Assembly: GCA_910578855.1 (NCBI GenBank)
Contig: CAJTRV010000004.1
Coordinates: 5,551-69,550, forward strand
Length of the DNA stretch: 64,000 bases
Origin: an uncultured Bacilli bacterium
GTDB taxonomy: Bacteria; Bacillota_I; Bacilli_A; RF39; UBA660
Direction of reading: 5' to 3'
Under the pieces are notes generated by a model, which was not told the DNA's origin, ran no database searches, and worked only from the letters and a program-made list of their open reading frames with translations. The position numbers and the translations under genes are program-made. How positions within the stretch are numbered: the stretch's first letter is position 1; every line of letters begins with the position of its first letter. Positions 29,587 to 40,751 of this stretch are shown here, one piece after another.

Positions 29587-30819
29587 TTATTCATTAAAAA
29601 TTCCTTTTAACATATTGGATACCGCAACAAAAATAGCTGATATTCGATACCAAGTAGCAAAGTTAACAATTCCTGTAACTGGTAGATTAAAAACACGTTG
29701 AAATACCTTTACGGCCTCGATCGTATCTGGGCCATATATTCCATTGGCCTTTTGAATGGAAGGAATAGCAGGATAACTCCCTCTAATTTTATTCAATGCA
29801 TTTTGTAATAGTTGAACTTCTTCACCACATGCCCCTTCTGTCAAATTATAACCTGGAAACGAAGTTGGCAACCCTGGGACAATTTCAGCTGTAACAAGCT
29901 CGATGGTATTTCCATAATAATAACGAACAATTTGTAGAGAATTATAACCTTGGTCCCCTAGTGACTTAGACCCCCACTGACTAAGCCAACCTTCTCGCAC
30001 TACATTAATTCCATCACTATATTGGGCAAAAAAAGGATAAGAACGTCCAGGAAATTTTAAATATTCCATAAATACTTCATCGACTACATTAGATATGGTA
30101 TCAAAAATTGTTCGATTATGAGAATATTTTTGATCATATGCAGTCGAAGAGGTAATCGTAAAATTATACCCTTTAGAGTAATACCATTCCGTATAGACCC
30201 GATTTAAAGTAAATGATACAATCGCATGGACATTGGCCTTTAGTGTTTCTCTAGGCCAACTAGGATAAATTTCTGACGATGTGACATTCTTGATATAATC
30301 TGAAAATGATACATAATAATTTGGAGCATAAGTATCCGTAGGAATTCCATCATGAACAATAATATATTCGGGAATGACAACCCGGGGTAATACCTTAGAT
30401 TCCAATGATCCTATCTCTGGATGTTCAACAATTTTGGGAACTTCATTGTCCCATATCGTTGGTGGTGGGACAATTGTTGTTATCTTTCCTGATCCCCCTG
30501 TTGTTGTACTGAGATATACATCCTGAATCGATGTAATACCAGCATAAACTTGAACCCCGAGAACGGTTCCGGTTCCAAGGCCATCTTTGGTTACGGTAAC
30601 ATTATACGTCTCCCAAGGTTGAACTATCGTCTGTGGTTCTAAAGAGTATTCGATATTAGGTGCTTCAAGAGCAATCGCCTCCGTCCTTCCAGATTCATCA
30701 GTAACAACATTAATATTGGTATTATTTCCACTAATATTCACTCTGGCCCCCATTAATGGTTGCGCAACATTATCTACAAACACATTCACAACCAAATGTC
30801 CAATTGCCATAACACTCAA
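29587..30819 (-). CDS. Cell-wall hydrolase-like protein with a C-terminal peptidoglycan-binding domain (SleC/cortex-lytic-like)
   Basis: C-terminal PG_binding_1 (GEEVQLLQNALN...GIYGPDTIEAVKVFQ). N-terminal carboxypeptidase-regulatory-like region. Confidence 0.45.
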   Translation of the reverse strand: MSVMAIGHLVVNVFVDNVAQPLMGARVNISGNNTNINVVTDESGRTEAIALEAPNIEYSLEPQTIVQPWETYNVTVTKDGLGTGTVLGVQVYAGITSIQDVYLSTTTGGSGKITTIVPPPTIWDNEVPKIVEHPEIGSLESKVLPRVVIPEYIIVHDGIPTDTYAPNYYVSFSDYIKNVTSSEIYPSWPRETLKANVHAIVSFTLNRVYTEWYYSKGYNFTITSSTAYDQKYSHNRTIFDTISNVVDEVFMEYLKFPGRSYPFFAQYSDGINVVREGWLSQWGSKSLGDQGYNSLQIVRYYYGNTIELVTAEIVPGLPTSFPGYNLTEGACGEEVQLLQNALNKIRGSYPAIPSIQKANGIYGPDTIEAVKVFQRVFNLPVTGIVNFATWYRISAIFVAVSNMLKGIFNE

Positions 30820-30928
30820 ATCCTTTCTTTCTATAATTCAATATATGTTTTTTAACAACTAATATCATTAAAAGACAACATTTTTCATCTTTCTAATATA
30901 ATACAAGTAATAGAGATGGGGTTATAAA

Positions 30929-31942
30929 ATGAATGATAACAAAAAATACTTTGTTCACCAAGAAACGGTTTCATCACTAGAAAATATGTATTTTAATGAT
31001 GTAATTACGATGATTCAACATCAACTTAAAACATTAGGTTATTATGATGTCAGCATTACCGGTAGCTACGACCACAATACCAAAACAGCAATCAAAAATT
31101 TTCAGACAGATCACCATTTAAAAAACGATGGTACGCTCAATGATCAAACCTGGGATACACTTTACTCTAACAGAAATAATTTAGAGCGCCAAGTAGCGGA
31201 ACGCCAAACAAGACCGGTTCTTAGACTCGGTAGTACTGGCCCATATGTAACGGAGTTACAAACAATTTTAAAAAATCTTCTTTACTATACTGGTACCATT
31301 GATGGTAATTTCGGAAATACTACTGCTCTCGCAGTCAAAACATTTCAGACGAATAATCACTTAACACCAGATGGTGTTGTCGGTCGAGATACTTGGAGTG
31401 CCCTTTCGACGCTATATTCACCACTGGCTATCTGTGATGACAACGAAAATGGAAATGGGAATAATCCAATTTCTTATACAGTGGTGGCCGGGGACTCCTT
31501 ATGGAGTATTGCCAAACGATTTAATACTACCGTTGAGGCAATTAAACAATTAAATCAATTAACGAGTGATGTTATTTATGTTGGTCAGCAACTTCTCATC
31601 CCGAGCGGCAATGATAATGGAACACCGCCAACTTATACCCTATATACGGTGGTAGCTGGTGATTCTCTATGGAATATTGCCAAACGATTTAATACCACCG
31701 TTGAAGAGATTAAAAGCCTCAATAATCTGACAAGTAACCTATTAACTATCGGTCAACAATTAAAGATCCCATCAGATACTTCAAATGTCATCACCTATAC
31801 AGTAATTGCTGGGGATACATTATGGAAAATAGCTCAAAAATTTAATACTACTGTAAATACATTAAAAAGCTTTAACAATCTTACCAATGACACTTTAAAT
31901 ATTGGTCAGCAATTAAGAATCCCAATCAATCGTAACGAATAA
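30929..31942 (+). CDS. Protein with two peptidoglycan-binding domains and three LysM domains
   Basis: 2x PG_binding_1 (LKNDG/LTPDG, TWDTL/TWSAL). 3x LysM (YTVVAGDSLWSIAKRFNTTV...). Confidence 0.75.
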   Translation: MNDNKKYFVHQETVSSLENMYFNDVITMIQHQLKTLGYYDVSITGSYDHNTKTAIKNFQTDHHLKNDGTLNDQTWDTLYSNRNNLERQVAERQTRPVLRLGSTGPYVTELQTILKNLLYYTGTIDGNFGNTTALAVKTFQTNNHLTPDGVVGRDTWSALSTLYSPLAICDDNENGNGNNPISYTVVAGDSLWSIAKRFNTTVEAIKQLNQLTSDVIYVGQQLLIPSGNDNGTPPTYTLYTVVAGDSLWNIAKRFNTTVEEIKSLNNLTSNLLTIGQQLKIPSDTSNVITYTVIAGDTLWKIAQKFNTTVNTLKSFNNLTNDTLNIGQQLRIPINRNE

Positions 31943-31973
31943 AAAATACCATCGAAATGGTATTTTTTGTTTC

Positions 31974-32942
31974 TTATATAATTAATCGTTGGCCTGGATA
32001 AATTCTATTGGGATTATCTCCAATCGTTGCTTTATTCTTATTATAAATAGTCTGCCATGTCGTCCCAAATTGTTTGGCAATTTTAGATAAATTATCGCCT
32101 TTTTTTACAATATAAACAGTTGGTTCAACTGCAGTAGATGGCAAGATTAGTACTTGACCTGGATAGATTAGATTGGGATTTTTAATATGATTCAATGCTA
32201 CTAATGTCGCAACAGTTGTTTGGTACCTACTTGCAATCGTCGATAAGTTATCACCAGCTTTTACGACATATGTTTTCTGATTAGTTGGTGGTTCATCTGG
32301 ATCAGTTGGTTCTGTTGATTCATCTAGGTGGTTTAATCCTCGTTCTTTTATGATCATAGGATAATCTAGATAAGCAATATCACGATCGACTCGACCATTA
32401 ATTCCGGAAATACTTCCATCACTCGTATACTGCCACATACCAAATGGTTTATCATAAGTAGGAAGATTACTCCATTGTGCCAACCACTTATCATAGCGAT
32501 CTAATTTAGGTGAATTTAATTTTGATTGAAAAAAGGCTTTGCTCGAATATATTCCTACATAGTATCCAGCCTGCTCTATTTTATCACAAAATGTTTGACA
32601 CATTTTTACCAGCATTTCATTACTATTTTGGTCGGTATAAGAGTTAGCCTCAATATCATAATAAATCGGATATTCTAGTCGGTAATTCTTAGCCAATCGT
32701 AAAGCATGATCTGCTTCACTACTCGCTTCAGCTGTTCCCCTGGCGTAACTAAATAAATAGATTCCAAAGGGAATCCCTAACCGAGTACATTCTGAAGCAT
32801 TACGGTGGAACTTTGTATCATCTTGACTAGTACGATCAACACCATAACCACATCTTAAAATAGCAAAATCAACTTGATCTTTAACTTTTTCCCAATCGAT
32901 ATCACCTTGGTAATAAGAAACATCAATTCCTTGCTTTTCCAT
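31974..32942 (-). CDS. GH25 muramidase with two C-terminal LysM domains
   Basis: [11 protein letters not shown]25 N-terminus. 2x LysM. AAAGGAG RBS before MEKQGI. Confidence 0.8.
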   Translation of the reverse strand: MEKQGIDVSYYQGDIDWEKVKDQVDFAILRCGYGVDRTSQDDTKFHRNASECTRLGIPFGIYLFSYARGTAEASSEADHALRLAKNYRLEYPIYYDIEANSYTDQNSNEMLVKMCQTFCDKIEQAGYYVGIYSSKAFFQSKLNSPKLDRYDKWLAQWSNLPTYDKPFGMWQYTSDGSISGINGRVDRDIAYLDYPMIIKERGLNHLDESTEPTDPDEPPTNQKTYVVKAGDNLSTIASRYQTTVATLVALNHIKNPNLIYPGQVLILPSTAVEPTVYIVKKGDNLSKIAKQFGTTWQTIYNKNKATIGDNPNRIYPGQRLII

Positions 32943-33025
32943 ATACAACTCCTTTCGTTATTATAGTATACGAATGAAATAATATAAGAGTAAGGAAGTC
33001 AAACTAAAAAAGAAGGAATAACCTT

Positions 33026-33445
33026 CTATTTTTGAATCATGTTTAATAAATTGATTTTAAAAATGTCTTTTTCCGCATGTTCTTTCGAAACCATAACACC
33101 CTTGTAAGTAACCAATTCCGATTGATGACCTTCTGCTAAAATATCTTCCGGTGTAATCGTATCTAACATAATAATATGATCTGCTTCATAAACGTGATAA
33201 TGTAATTTAATATCACCATGGACTTTAGAAAACATGGAATCCGTTGGCAATTTTAATTCATAAGTTACAGTTCCTTTGCTTTGATTGGTAGAAACAATTT
33301 CTCCTAGAAAAATACCAGTTTTTAGTTTTGGATAAAATTCGAAATATAATTTTTTATAGGCTAACATATTATACTTTTTTAAAGAACGTTCAAGCTTCTT
33401 AAATTCATTTTCATTGACATAGTCAAATACGTAAGCACCCTTCAT
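33026..33445 (-). CDS. Hypothetical protein
   Basis: 139 aa. No confident domain assignment. Confidence 0.45.
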   Translation of the reverse strand: MKGAYVFDYVNENEFKKLERSLKKYNMLAYKKLYFEFYPKLKTGIFLGEIVSTNQSKGTVTYELKLPTDSMFSKVHGDIKLHYHVYEADHIIMLDTITPEDILAEGHQSELVTYKGVMVSKEHAEKDIFKINLLNMIQK

Positions 33446-33565
33446 TATATTTCACCTTCCCCATGCATCTACTATTTTCTATCGTACTTAAATGATAACA
33501 TGATTACTGGTTTTTGTCAAACAAAAAAAGGAAAGATTCCTTTCCTTTAGAAACTTGAATAACAA

Positions 33566-35239
33566 CTATCGTGACATTCCACCAGTAGATGCTTCTACTT
33601 GAACAGGAGTGCCATCAGATAAATACCAGTTACCATCAGCACCCATAATCAAGTCACTATAATAAACTTCCTCAGTCGTCGTTGTAGTAGTTGCACTATT
33701 ACTATTTTCATTTGGTTGCGACTGTCCACCATTATTTGGAAGCACATTACCACTATCGAAACCTGGATAATAGTTGTCTTGTGTATCTTGATTATTATCT
33801 ATAACATTATCGTCCTCAGGTGGCGTTATGTTATTTTTAACAGAATTATATCCTAACATATAATTAGAATCACTTGATTGTGGTGGCAACCCTGCAAGTG
33901 CATCATTTGCCCCACGTTGAACTAATTGTTCAACTGTTTCTTTATTTGACTGTTGATTGTTTTCATCATGAAAACCGGTATCCACTTCTTGACCTTTATG
34001 TTCATTATAATCAGCTACACCTGCATTAATCGTCGTTTTTCCAGTCTTTGGATCAGTTCGCAAATTTTTATAATCCTCCGCTGTCATCTGACTACCTTTT
34101 TGTTTTTTCATTGCTTCTGTATATTCATGTGAATCACTTGCTTGCGAAGCAATTTCACTAGCATTTTTCTTATTTTCAACTTTTACTTTACTAATTTCAA
34201 TCGCGATTTCTTTTAAAGATTTACCACCATCAGACTTTGATTCATCAGTTGCTTTTTCAATTTCAATCATCTCAGTAATATTTTCTAATATTGATGTGAA
34301 AGCACTGGAATAACTAGAATGATTTTCTTCAATAAAATCCGTATTTTCTGTTCTTTCAGCACATGCTTTATCGAGATGATCAATGAAAGTATTTCGAACA
34401 GTTTGATTAATATCCTTATAGCTATGAAAATACTGAGCGTAACTTGTTGCAACGAACATAGCCATTTCACTATAACCAGCTGATCCATTTTGAATTTTAT
34501 CTAAGGTCTTTACCAATTCATCACGATTTTCATTACTTCGTTCTGTATTCAATTTTTGATACAATGCTTGTAACTCATTTAACATCTTCGCATCATATTT
34601 TTTCGGAAATATACTAGACCAATCCACTTTGAATTGATTAGTCATCAACCCAGTATTCAATGATTGTCTATATTCCTCAAGGTATTTCAACGCATCCGCT
34701 CTATTAGATACAAACTCAGAAATATTTAATGATTTAATTCTAGCATCAGTTTTTGCTTCAAAACCAGCTAATATTGAATAAAATGCTAACTTATCATTAG
34801 AAAACCGTCCCTCTTCTAACAATCCATTTTCACCTAATAACTTCTTAATACTAATTCCTTGATCAATTAGCGTTTGGTCTGCTAAAGCATTACGGCTCCA
34901 ATAATCCTCATCAAACAAAACAATATTATTTTTATCTGAACCTGGTTCTTTATCTTTACTATCATTTCCACAACCAGTCAAGGAAACCGCAATTGCTCCA
35001 ATTAGTCCCACTGGAACTAGTATTTTTACAAGTACTCCATACTTTTCTTTAATTTTACTGACAATATTTTCCCGAACACCCTGTTGCTTTTTATAGTCCT
35101 TCACAATTTTATTAATTTTAGTTAATGCTCCATTCGAAAAATCATTTAGTTCAAGTTTCGAAAAGGCTTCCAACACATTTTCCCCGCGATCGAGTGTTCG
35201 TTGTAAAGCTGCAATTATGGACATTTCATATGCATTCAT
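33566..35239 (-). CDS. Membrane-anchored protein with a Q/N/D-rich C-terminus
   Basis: Internal TM helix plus a lipobox-like LTGC. Low-complexity tail. Confidence 0.5.
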   Translation of the reverse strand: MNAYEMSIIAALQRTLDRGENVLEAFSKLELNDFSNGALTKINKIVKDYKKQQGVRENIVSKIKEKYGVLVKILVPVGLIGAIAVSLTGCGNDSKDKEPGSDKNNIVLFDEDYWSRNALADQTLIDQGISIKKLLGENGLLEEGRFSNDKLAFYSILAGFEAKTDARIKSLNISEFVSNRADALKYLEEYRQSLNTGLMTNQFKVDWSSIFPKKYDAKMLNELQALYQKLNTERSNENRDELVKTLDKIQNGSAGYSEMAMFVATSYAQYFHSYKDINQTVRNTFIDHLDKACAERTENTDFIEENHSSYSSAFTSILENITEMIEIEKATDESKSDGGKSLKEIAIEISKVKVENKKNASEIASQASDSHEYTEAMKKQKGSQMTAEDYKNLRTDPKTGKTTINAGVADYNEHKGQEVDTGFHDENNQQSNKETVEQLVQRGANDALAGLPPQSSDSNYMLGYNSVKNNITPPEDDNVIDNNQDTQDNYYPGFDSGNVLPNNGGQSQPNENSNSATTTTTTEEVYYSDLIMGADGNWYLSDGTPVQVEASTGGMSR

Positions 35240-35253
35240 CTAAACCCCTCCTT

Positions 35254-36606
35254 CTATTTTTCTTTCTTCTCGCCGGTCCATTCATAACCGTCGTTGATTA
35301 AATTTTTATCGTCACACTTGCTCCATTTTTCATCACGCCATCCGCTCTTAATAGATCGTGTTCGGTAACGATAATACTTTGTATTAACAGGAACTTTGAC
35401 CGTTCCATAAATTGGTTCGGTTGTTTTTTCGACCCGTTGTGATGTACCATAATCTACAATCACCTTAATGGTTGTATAAACAGGTGTTGACTTCGTCTCC
35501 CATTTTGTACATACCGTTTGCGTTTTAGTAACTTCGTACTTTTGACATGTTTTTTGAGCCCATATCTGATATTCTCCAAAAGAACAATTACCACAATGCT
35601 CTGGGACATCTGAAATCCAATACCAATACTCAGTATCACTAAAAGTTAACTCGTCTCTACTTCCAACCTTTTTTCTAACCCCTGTATCAGTAAATTTTGT
35701 ATATTTATACTCACCAGTTCCCACTTCCTGAGTTTTCGTTGCTGTACATACTTTTTTCTGTTCAGTACCAATTTGAATTTGTTTATCACCATAAATTGGC
35801 TTATTTTTATCTTTATATGTAATGGTCTTGGTGATAATTCGTTCTCCAATTTTAACCGTCTCATTTTTATAAGTAACTTCGTTTTTCGTTTCAACATCAG
35901 TTAAATCATCTTCATACTTTGGTGATGTTGACCAGCTTGACCAGTTACCCCAATCAGTATAGGAAGCCTTTACCGTCTTAACATACTTACAAATAAATTC
36001 TTTTTGACCTGGTGTTGGCGTTGGTTTTGGTTTATTTGTCGGAGTTGGTGTCGGTTTTGGTTTACTAGTTGGCGTTGGTGTTTTACTAGGCTTACTGGTT
36101 GGTGCTGGAGTTGCCTTTGATGGTAAGATCGCTGGTGTTTTCACATCCTTTTCATCTTTTTCACAGATGGTCGTCTTACAATAATCATAACATCCCATGT
36201 AAACTAATAAATAATTTTCTTGTTCAGTACATTTCAAGTTGACCTTCATGATATACTCTTCATCCATCTTCGTAATTTCTACATAAGAAGCCGTATTATC
36301 ACATGATCTTCCTTTACTATCGGTAAATGGTAACACAATTTTCTTGTCTAACATTTCACCTAATGTCATCGACACTTTATCCCCAACTTTTTGTGGCAAT
36401 CGCGGCGTCGTATAATAACTCTTTGCTGAATCTTTCATCATTAAAATGTTTTCATTAAAGATTCGATCATATAAAGGTGTTAACGCATCCTTTACAAATT
36501 GTTTTGATGGAAATAAATAAATTAAAATAAATACAAACAGTACTACAAATAAAATCTGTAATACAATATCCTTAATTGAAAAACTATCTTTACGTTCTTG
36601 ATACAT
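35254..36606 (-). CDS. Membrane protein with a Pro/Thr-rich linker and a Cys-rich ectodomain
   Basis: The start was set to MYQERK, which has a GGGGGAG RBS. Single TM helix. PTPTSKPKPTPTPTNKPKPTPTP linker. Confidence 0.5.
   Translation of the reverse strand: MYQERKDSFSIKDIVLQILFVVLFVFILIYLFPSKQFVKDALTPLYDRIFNENILMMKDSAKSYYTTPRLPQKVGDKVSMTLGEMLDKKIVLPFTDSKGRSCDNTASYVEITKMDEEYIMKVNLKCTEQENYLLVYMGCYDYCKTTICEKDEKDVKTPAILPSKATPAPTSKPSKTPTPTSKPKPTPTPTNKPKPTPTPGQKEFICKYVKTVKASYTDWGNWSSWSTSPKYEDDLTDVETKNEVTYKNETVKIGERIITKTITYKDKNKPIYGDKQIQIGTEQKKVCTATKTQEVGTGEYKYTKFTDTGVRKKVGSRDELTFSDTEYWYWISDVPEHCGNCSFGEYQIWAQKTCQKYEVTKTQTVCTKWETKSTPVYTTIKVIVDYGTSQRVEKTTEPIYGTVKVPVNTKYYRYRTRSIKSGWRDEKWSKCDDKNLINDGYEWTGEKKEK
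35990..36115. repeat. Degenerate tandem ~24-nt repeats encoding the (PTPTxKPK) linker
   Basis: Repeated ggtgttggcgttggttttggttt-type units. Confidence 0.55.
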
Positions 36607-36742
36607 AAAAACTCCCCCTCTTCTCAAATTATGTTCGCTATGATAACACAACCGTCTATTCTTGTCAAGTGCCACACAATTCCAATTTTTTCTTATTTTT
36701 CAAACCATCACTTGTTAATAAATTATACCATATTTTAGGCTG

Positions 36743-37012
36743 TTAGTCAATTTTGATTTGGACAATTGTACAACCATGATTATAGTAAAAACTCTTGTAA
36801 TCGATTACCATTTTATGACTTCTTAATACTTCGTTGGTCGTGCTTCTTAAAATTCCATATCCAATTCCATGAATGATAACGATAATTGGTTGTTTTAACG
36901 TTCTTTGATCACGAATAAAATCCTGAATGGCTACTCTCGCCGTTTCCCGATCATAACCATGTAAATCTAGTTTAGGAAAGCGATCAATAAAAATAACATC
37001 ATTTAAATTCAT
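36743..37012 (-). CDS. Smr-domain protein
   Basis: LDLHGYDRETARVAIQDFI...IIHGIGYGILR Smr signature. An internal Met was taken as the start. Confidence 0.6.
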   Translation of the reverse strand: MNLNDVIFIDRFPKLDLHGYDRETARVAIQDFIRDQRTLKQPIIVIIHGIGYGILRSTTNEVLRSHKMVIDYKSFYYNHGCTIVQIKID

Positions 37013-37898
37013 AAAAATACTTCCGCATTTCTTCTTTTTCGGGCATCGAAGGCTTACTGCCAATGCGGGTTGCCGAAATGGCCCCAGCTAAATTACCGAT
37101 TCTGAGGCAATCTTCAAACGGATAATGTTTGGCAATCGCATAAGTAAATGCCCCATGAAAAATATCACCTGCTCCAGTTGTATCTTTGGCCTCAACCGTA
37201 ATAGATGGCATGATTTTGATCATTCCGTCATATTCATAAAGACAACCATGTGCTTCTAAAGTAATAACAATATTGGTTTGAAATCGTTGTTGTAAATAAC
37301 GGAGATTATCAATTAACGTTTGATGATTTTCGTAATCAATAGTAATCCCACTTACTTGCTCAGCAAAATCATGAGAACAAACAACATAGTCAACCAACGA
37401 ACATAATTCCTGAATCTCAGGAGTGGACCTACCCGCATCGATAATTCCAATTGCCTTCGGATACTGCTTTAACACCATCTTCGCATAGGCATATTCCTGA
37501 CCATCAATTAAAATAATATCAGGTTCCACAGGATAACACGGTGCCTGGTATTCTAACTGATCAGAGCGATATGTCAAAATTGTCCGTGACCCTGTTTCCG
37601 TATTGACAATTACCGTTGATGATGTTGTCGCCCCTGTCTCACTAAACGCTAAATAATCCGTATTGACATGGGCTTCCGTTAATTCCTGCTTAATCTTCTC
37701 TCCAAAACGGTCTTTTCCAACCACCCCAGCAAAGGCGACATCTAAGCCCCATTTTCCTAGTAAATAGGCAGCATTACATGCCGGACCACCGCCACATTCA
37801 ATTTGCTGTTTCACTCTATTTTTGGTATTTTCCTTAGGATAACCATCAACGGGAATGGTCGTATCATAGGCAGCATGTCCAATTGCTAAAATTTTCAT
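36999..37898 (-). CDS. PfkB-family carbohydrate kinase
   Basis: DTTGAGDIFHGAF motif and an N-terminal GG motif. Confidence 0.8.
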   Translation of the reverse strand: MKILAIGHAAYDTTIPVDGYPKENTKNRVKQQIECGGGPACNAAYLLGKWGLDVAFAGVVGKDRFGEKIKQELTEAHVNTDYLAFSETGATTSSTVIVNTETGSRTILTYRSDQLEYQAPCYPVEPDIILIDGQEYAYAKMVLKQYPKAIGIIDAGRSTPEIQELCSLVDYVVCSHDFAEQVSGITIDYENHQTLIDNLRYLQQRFQTNIVITLEAHGCLYEYDGMIKIMPSITVEAKDTTGAGDIFHGAFTYAIAKHYPFEDCLRIGNLAGAISATRIGSKPSMPEKEEMRKYFYEFK

Positions 37899-37971
37899 TG
37901 ATCCACCTCATCTTGTGTATCGTACTATTTACGATCTACTATTATTATTCTACCACAAAACTAATTATTAC

Positions 37972-38006
37972 AGAAAAAAAGTGATCAAAATCATCACTTT
38001 TTTACA
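37972..38006 (-). terminator. Terminator hairpin downstream of ppdK
   Basis: AAAAAGTGAT...ATCACTTTTTT palindrome. Confidence 0.45.
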
Positions 38007-38009
38007 ACT

Positions 38010-40637
38010 TTACATCATTTCTTTTACTTTGGCCTGTGCTGCCGCTAAACGAGCAACCGGAACACGGAATGGACTACAAGACACATATGTAAGGCCAATG
38101 TTATGGCAGAACTCGACGGTTGCTGGTTCTCCACCATGCTCTCCACAGATTCCCATTTTCATATTTGGTCTTGTTTCACGACCTTTTTCCACAGCCATTT
38201 TCACAAGCACTCCCACACCTGTTTGATCTAATTTAGCAAATGGATCAGCCTCGAAAATTCCTTTGGCATAATAATCTTCTAAGAATTTACCAGCATCATC
38301 ACGACTAAATCCATATGTTAGTTGTGTTAAATCATTGGTTCCAAAACTAAAGAACTCAGCCTGTTCGGCAATCTTATCAGCTAAAAGCGCTGCTCTTGGA
38401 ATCTCGATCATCGTTCCAACACTATAACGAAGTTTTACACCAGATTCAGCAATAATTGCATCGGCTGTTTTAGTGACAATATCTTTTACAAATTGCAATT
38501 CCTTTTCATCACCAATCAATGGGATCATAATCTCAGGTTCAACATTCATACCATCTTTATTAACATTGATGGCCGCTTCAATCACCGCTTGTGTCTGCAT
38601 TCTTGCAATTTCTGGATATGTTACAGCAAGCCTGCAACCACGATGTCCCATCATCGGATTAAATTCTTTTAATGATTCAACCCGCACCTTTAATGCTTCA
38701 AAAGTCATCCCAAGACTTTCAGCAAGTGGTTTTATCTCTTCATCTGTATGAGGCAAGAATTCGTGAAGTGGTGGGTCTAAGTAACGAATGGTAACACTAT
38801 ATCCATCCATTGCTCTAAATAAGCCTTCGAAATCGTCACGTTGATAAGGAAGAATTTTTTCTAAGGCTTCTTCACGTGCTTCTACTGTTTCTGCGGTAAT
38901 CATTCGGCGGAAATTAAAAATTCGCTCTTCTTCAAAAAACATATGCTCCGTTCGACAAAGTCCAATTCCCTCAGCACCATATTTACGAGCATTGATCGCA
39001 TCTTTTGGGGTATCCGCATTCGTTCTGACCTTTAATGTACGAATATCATCAGCCCAAGCCATAAACACTTCGAAATCCCCAACAATTTCTGGATCAACAG
39101 TTTCAATCTTTTCCCCATAAACATTACCAGTAGTTCCATCTAAACTAAACCAATCACCCTCATGGTACTCATGACCATCTTTGGTTCTAACAATTTTAGC
39201 TGTTTCATCGATTTGTAATTCACCACAGCCACATACACAGCAAGTTCCCATTCCTCGGGCAACCACAGCAGCATGACTGGTCATTCCCCCACGCGTTGTC
39301 AAAATACCATGGGCGAGGTTCATCCCTTCGATGTCTTCCGGTGATGTTTCTAATCGAACAAGAAGAATATCTTCAATCCCTTCTTTATGTGCCTTAATTA
39401 CATCAGGAGCTGTAAAATAAATATGTCCCGTAGCTGCTCCAGGAGAAGCTGCAAGTCCTTTGGCAATGACCGCCCCATTCTTCAACGATTCACTATCAAA
39501 ATTAGGATGAAGCAATTGATCTAATTGCTTTGGTTCTACTTTTAACAAAGCCTCTTCTTTGGTACACATTCCTTCATTGACTAAGTCAACCGCAATTTTT
39601 AATGCTGCTGGCGCTGTTCGTTTCCCATTTCGAGTTTGTAGCATAAATAGTTTTCCATCTTCAATCGTAAACTCCATATCTTGCATATCACGATAATGAT
39701 TTTCTAAAATACCACAGATTTTTACAAATTCGTTATAACAATCAGGCATAACCTCTTTTAACGTATCAATTGATTGTGGTGTTCGAATTCCGGCAACCAC
39801 ATCTTCTCCTTGGGCATTCATGAGGTATTCTCCGTATAACTTCTTTTCACCTGTCGCTGGATTACGTGTAAAAGCTACTCCGGTTCCTGAGGTTTCCCCA
39901 CGGTTACCATAAACCATCTCTTGGACGTTAACAGCTGTTCCCCAACTTCCTGGGATATCATTTAAACGGCGATAAGTAATTGCCCGGTCATTGTTCCAAC
40001 TACGGAATACTGCTTTGACCGATTCTAATAGTTGTACCTTAGGATCTTGAGGAAAATCAGTTCCTGCATGATTGCGATATTCATTTTTATAGATTTCCAC
40101 CACTTCTATTAAATCTTCAGCAGTTAAATCAGTATCAAACTCAACTCCCTTAGCTTCCTTGATACGATCAAACTGATGTTCAAATGAACTTTTAGGAAAT
40201 CCCATCACCACATCAGCAAACATCTGGATAAAACGACGATAACTATCATAAACAAACCGGGGATTATTGGTGATTTCGATAAATCCTTTGGCAACTTCAT
40301 CATTTAGTCCCAAGTTGAGAACCGTATCCATCATTCCTGGCATACTCGTTCTTGCCCCACTACGAACTGATACCAATAATGGATTCTTAGGATCGCCCAT
40401 TTTCTTACCCGTCATCACTTCGAGCGCCGAAAGCTGTTCAAAGATTTCCTTTTCAACTTCCTCGCTAATTCGTTTCCCATCTTCATAGTACTTGGTACAA
40501 GCTTCGGTCGTAACAGTAAATCCTTGAGGAACTGGTAGTCCTAATCCCGTCATTTCTGCAAGATTGGCGCCTTTTCCTCCTAACAAATTCTTCATTTCTT
40601 TATTTCCCTCTTTAAAGAGGTAAACGTACTTTGTCAT
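38010..40637 (-). CDS. ppdK: Pyruvate, phosphate dikinase
   Basis: 875 aa. GGKGANLAEM N-terminus, TRGGMTSHAAVVARG phosphohistidine region, C-terminal PEP-utilising domain. Confidence 0.9.
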   Translation of the reverse strand: MTKYVYLFKEGNKEMKNLLGGKGANLAEMTGLGLPVPQGFTVTTEACTKYYEDGKRISEEVEKEIFEQLSALEVMTGKKMGDPKNPLLVSVRSGARTSMPGMMDTVLNLGLNDEVAKGFIEITNNPRFVYDSYRRFIQMFADVVMGFPKSSFEHQFDRIKEAKGVEFDTDLTAEDLIEVVEIYKNEYRNHAGTDFPQDPKVQLLESVKAVFRSWNNDRAITYRRLNDIPGSWGTAVNVQEMVYGNRGETSGTGVAFTRNPATGEKKLYGEYLMNAQGEDVVAGIRTPQSIDTLKEVMPDCYNEFVKICGILENHYRDMQDMEFTIEDGKLFMLQTRNGKRTAPAALKIAVDLVNEGMCTKEEALLKVEPKQLDQLLHPNFDSESLKNGAVIAKGLAASPGAATGHIYFTAPDVIKAHKEGIEDILLVRLETSPEDIEGMNLAHGILTTRGGMTSHAAVVARGMGTCCVCGCGELQIDETAKIVRTKDGHEYHEGDWFSLDGTTGNVYGEKIETVDPEIVGDFEVFMAWADDIRTLKVRTNADTPKDAINARKYGAEGIGLCRTEHMFFEEERIFNFRRMITAETVEAREEALEKILPYQRDDFEGLFRAMDGYSVTIRYLDPPLHEFLPHTDEEIKPLAESLGMTFEALKVRVESLKEFNPMMGHRGCRLAVTYPEIARMQTQAVIEAAINVNKDGMNVEPEIMIPLIGDEKELQFVKDIVTKTADAIIAESGVKLRYSVGTMIEIPRAALLADKIAEQAEFFSFGTNDLTQLTYGFSRDDAGKFLEDYYAKGIFEADPFAKLDQTGVGVLVKMAVEKGRETRPNMKMGICGEHGGEPATVEFCHNIGLTYVSCSPFRVPVARLAAAQAKVKEMM

Positions 40638-40751
40638 AACTCTTCCTCCTTTATGTTATACATCCACATTATAACACATTTTATTTTGTTTGTAACAAAG
40701 TATGTAAAAACACAATGATTCGACAAAAAAAGAATGTCACTTGACAATCAT

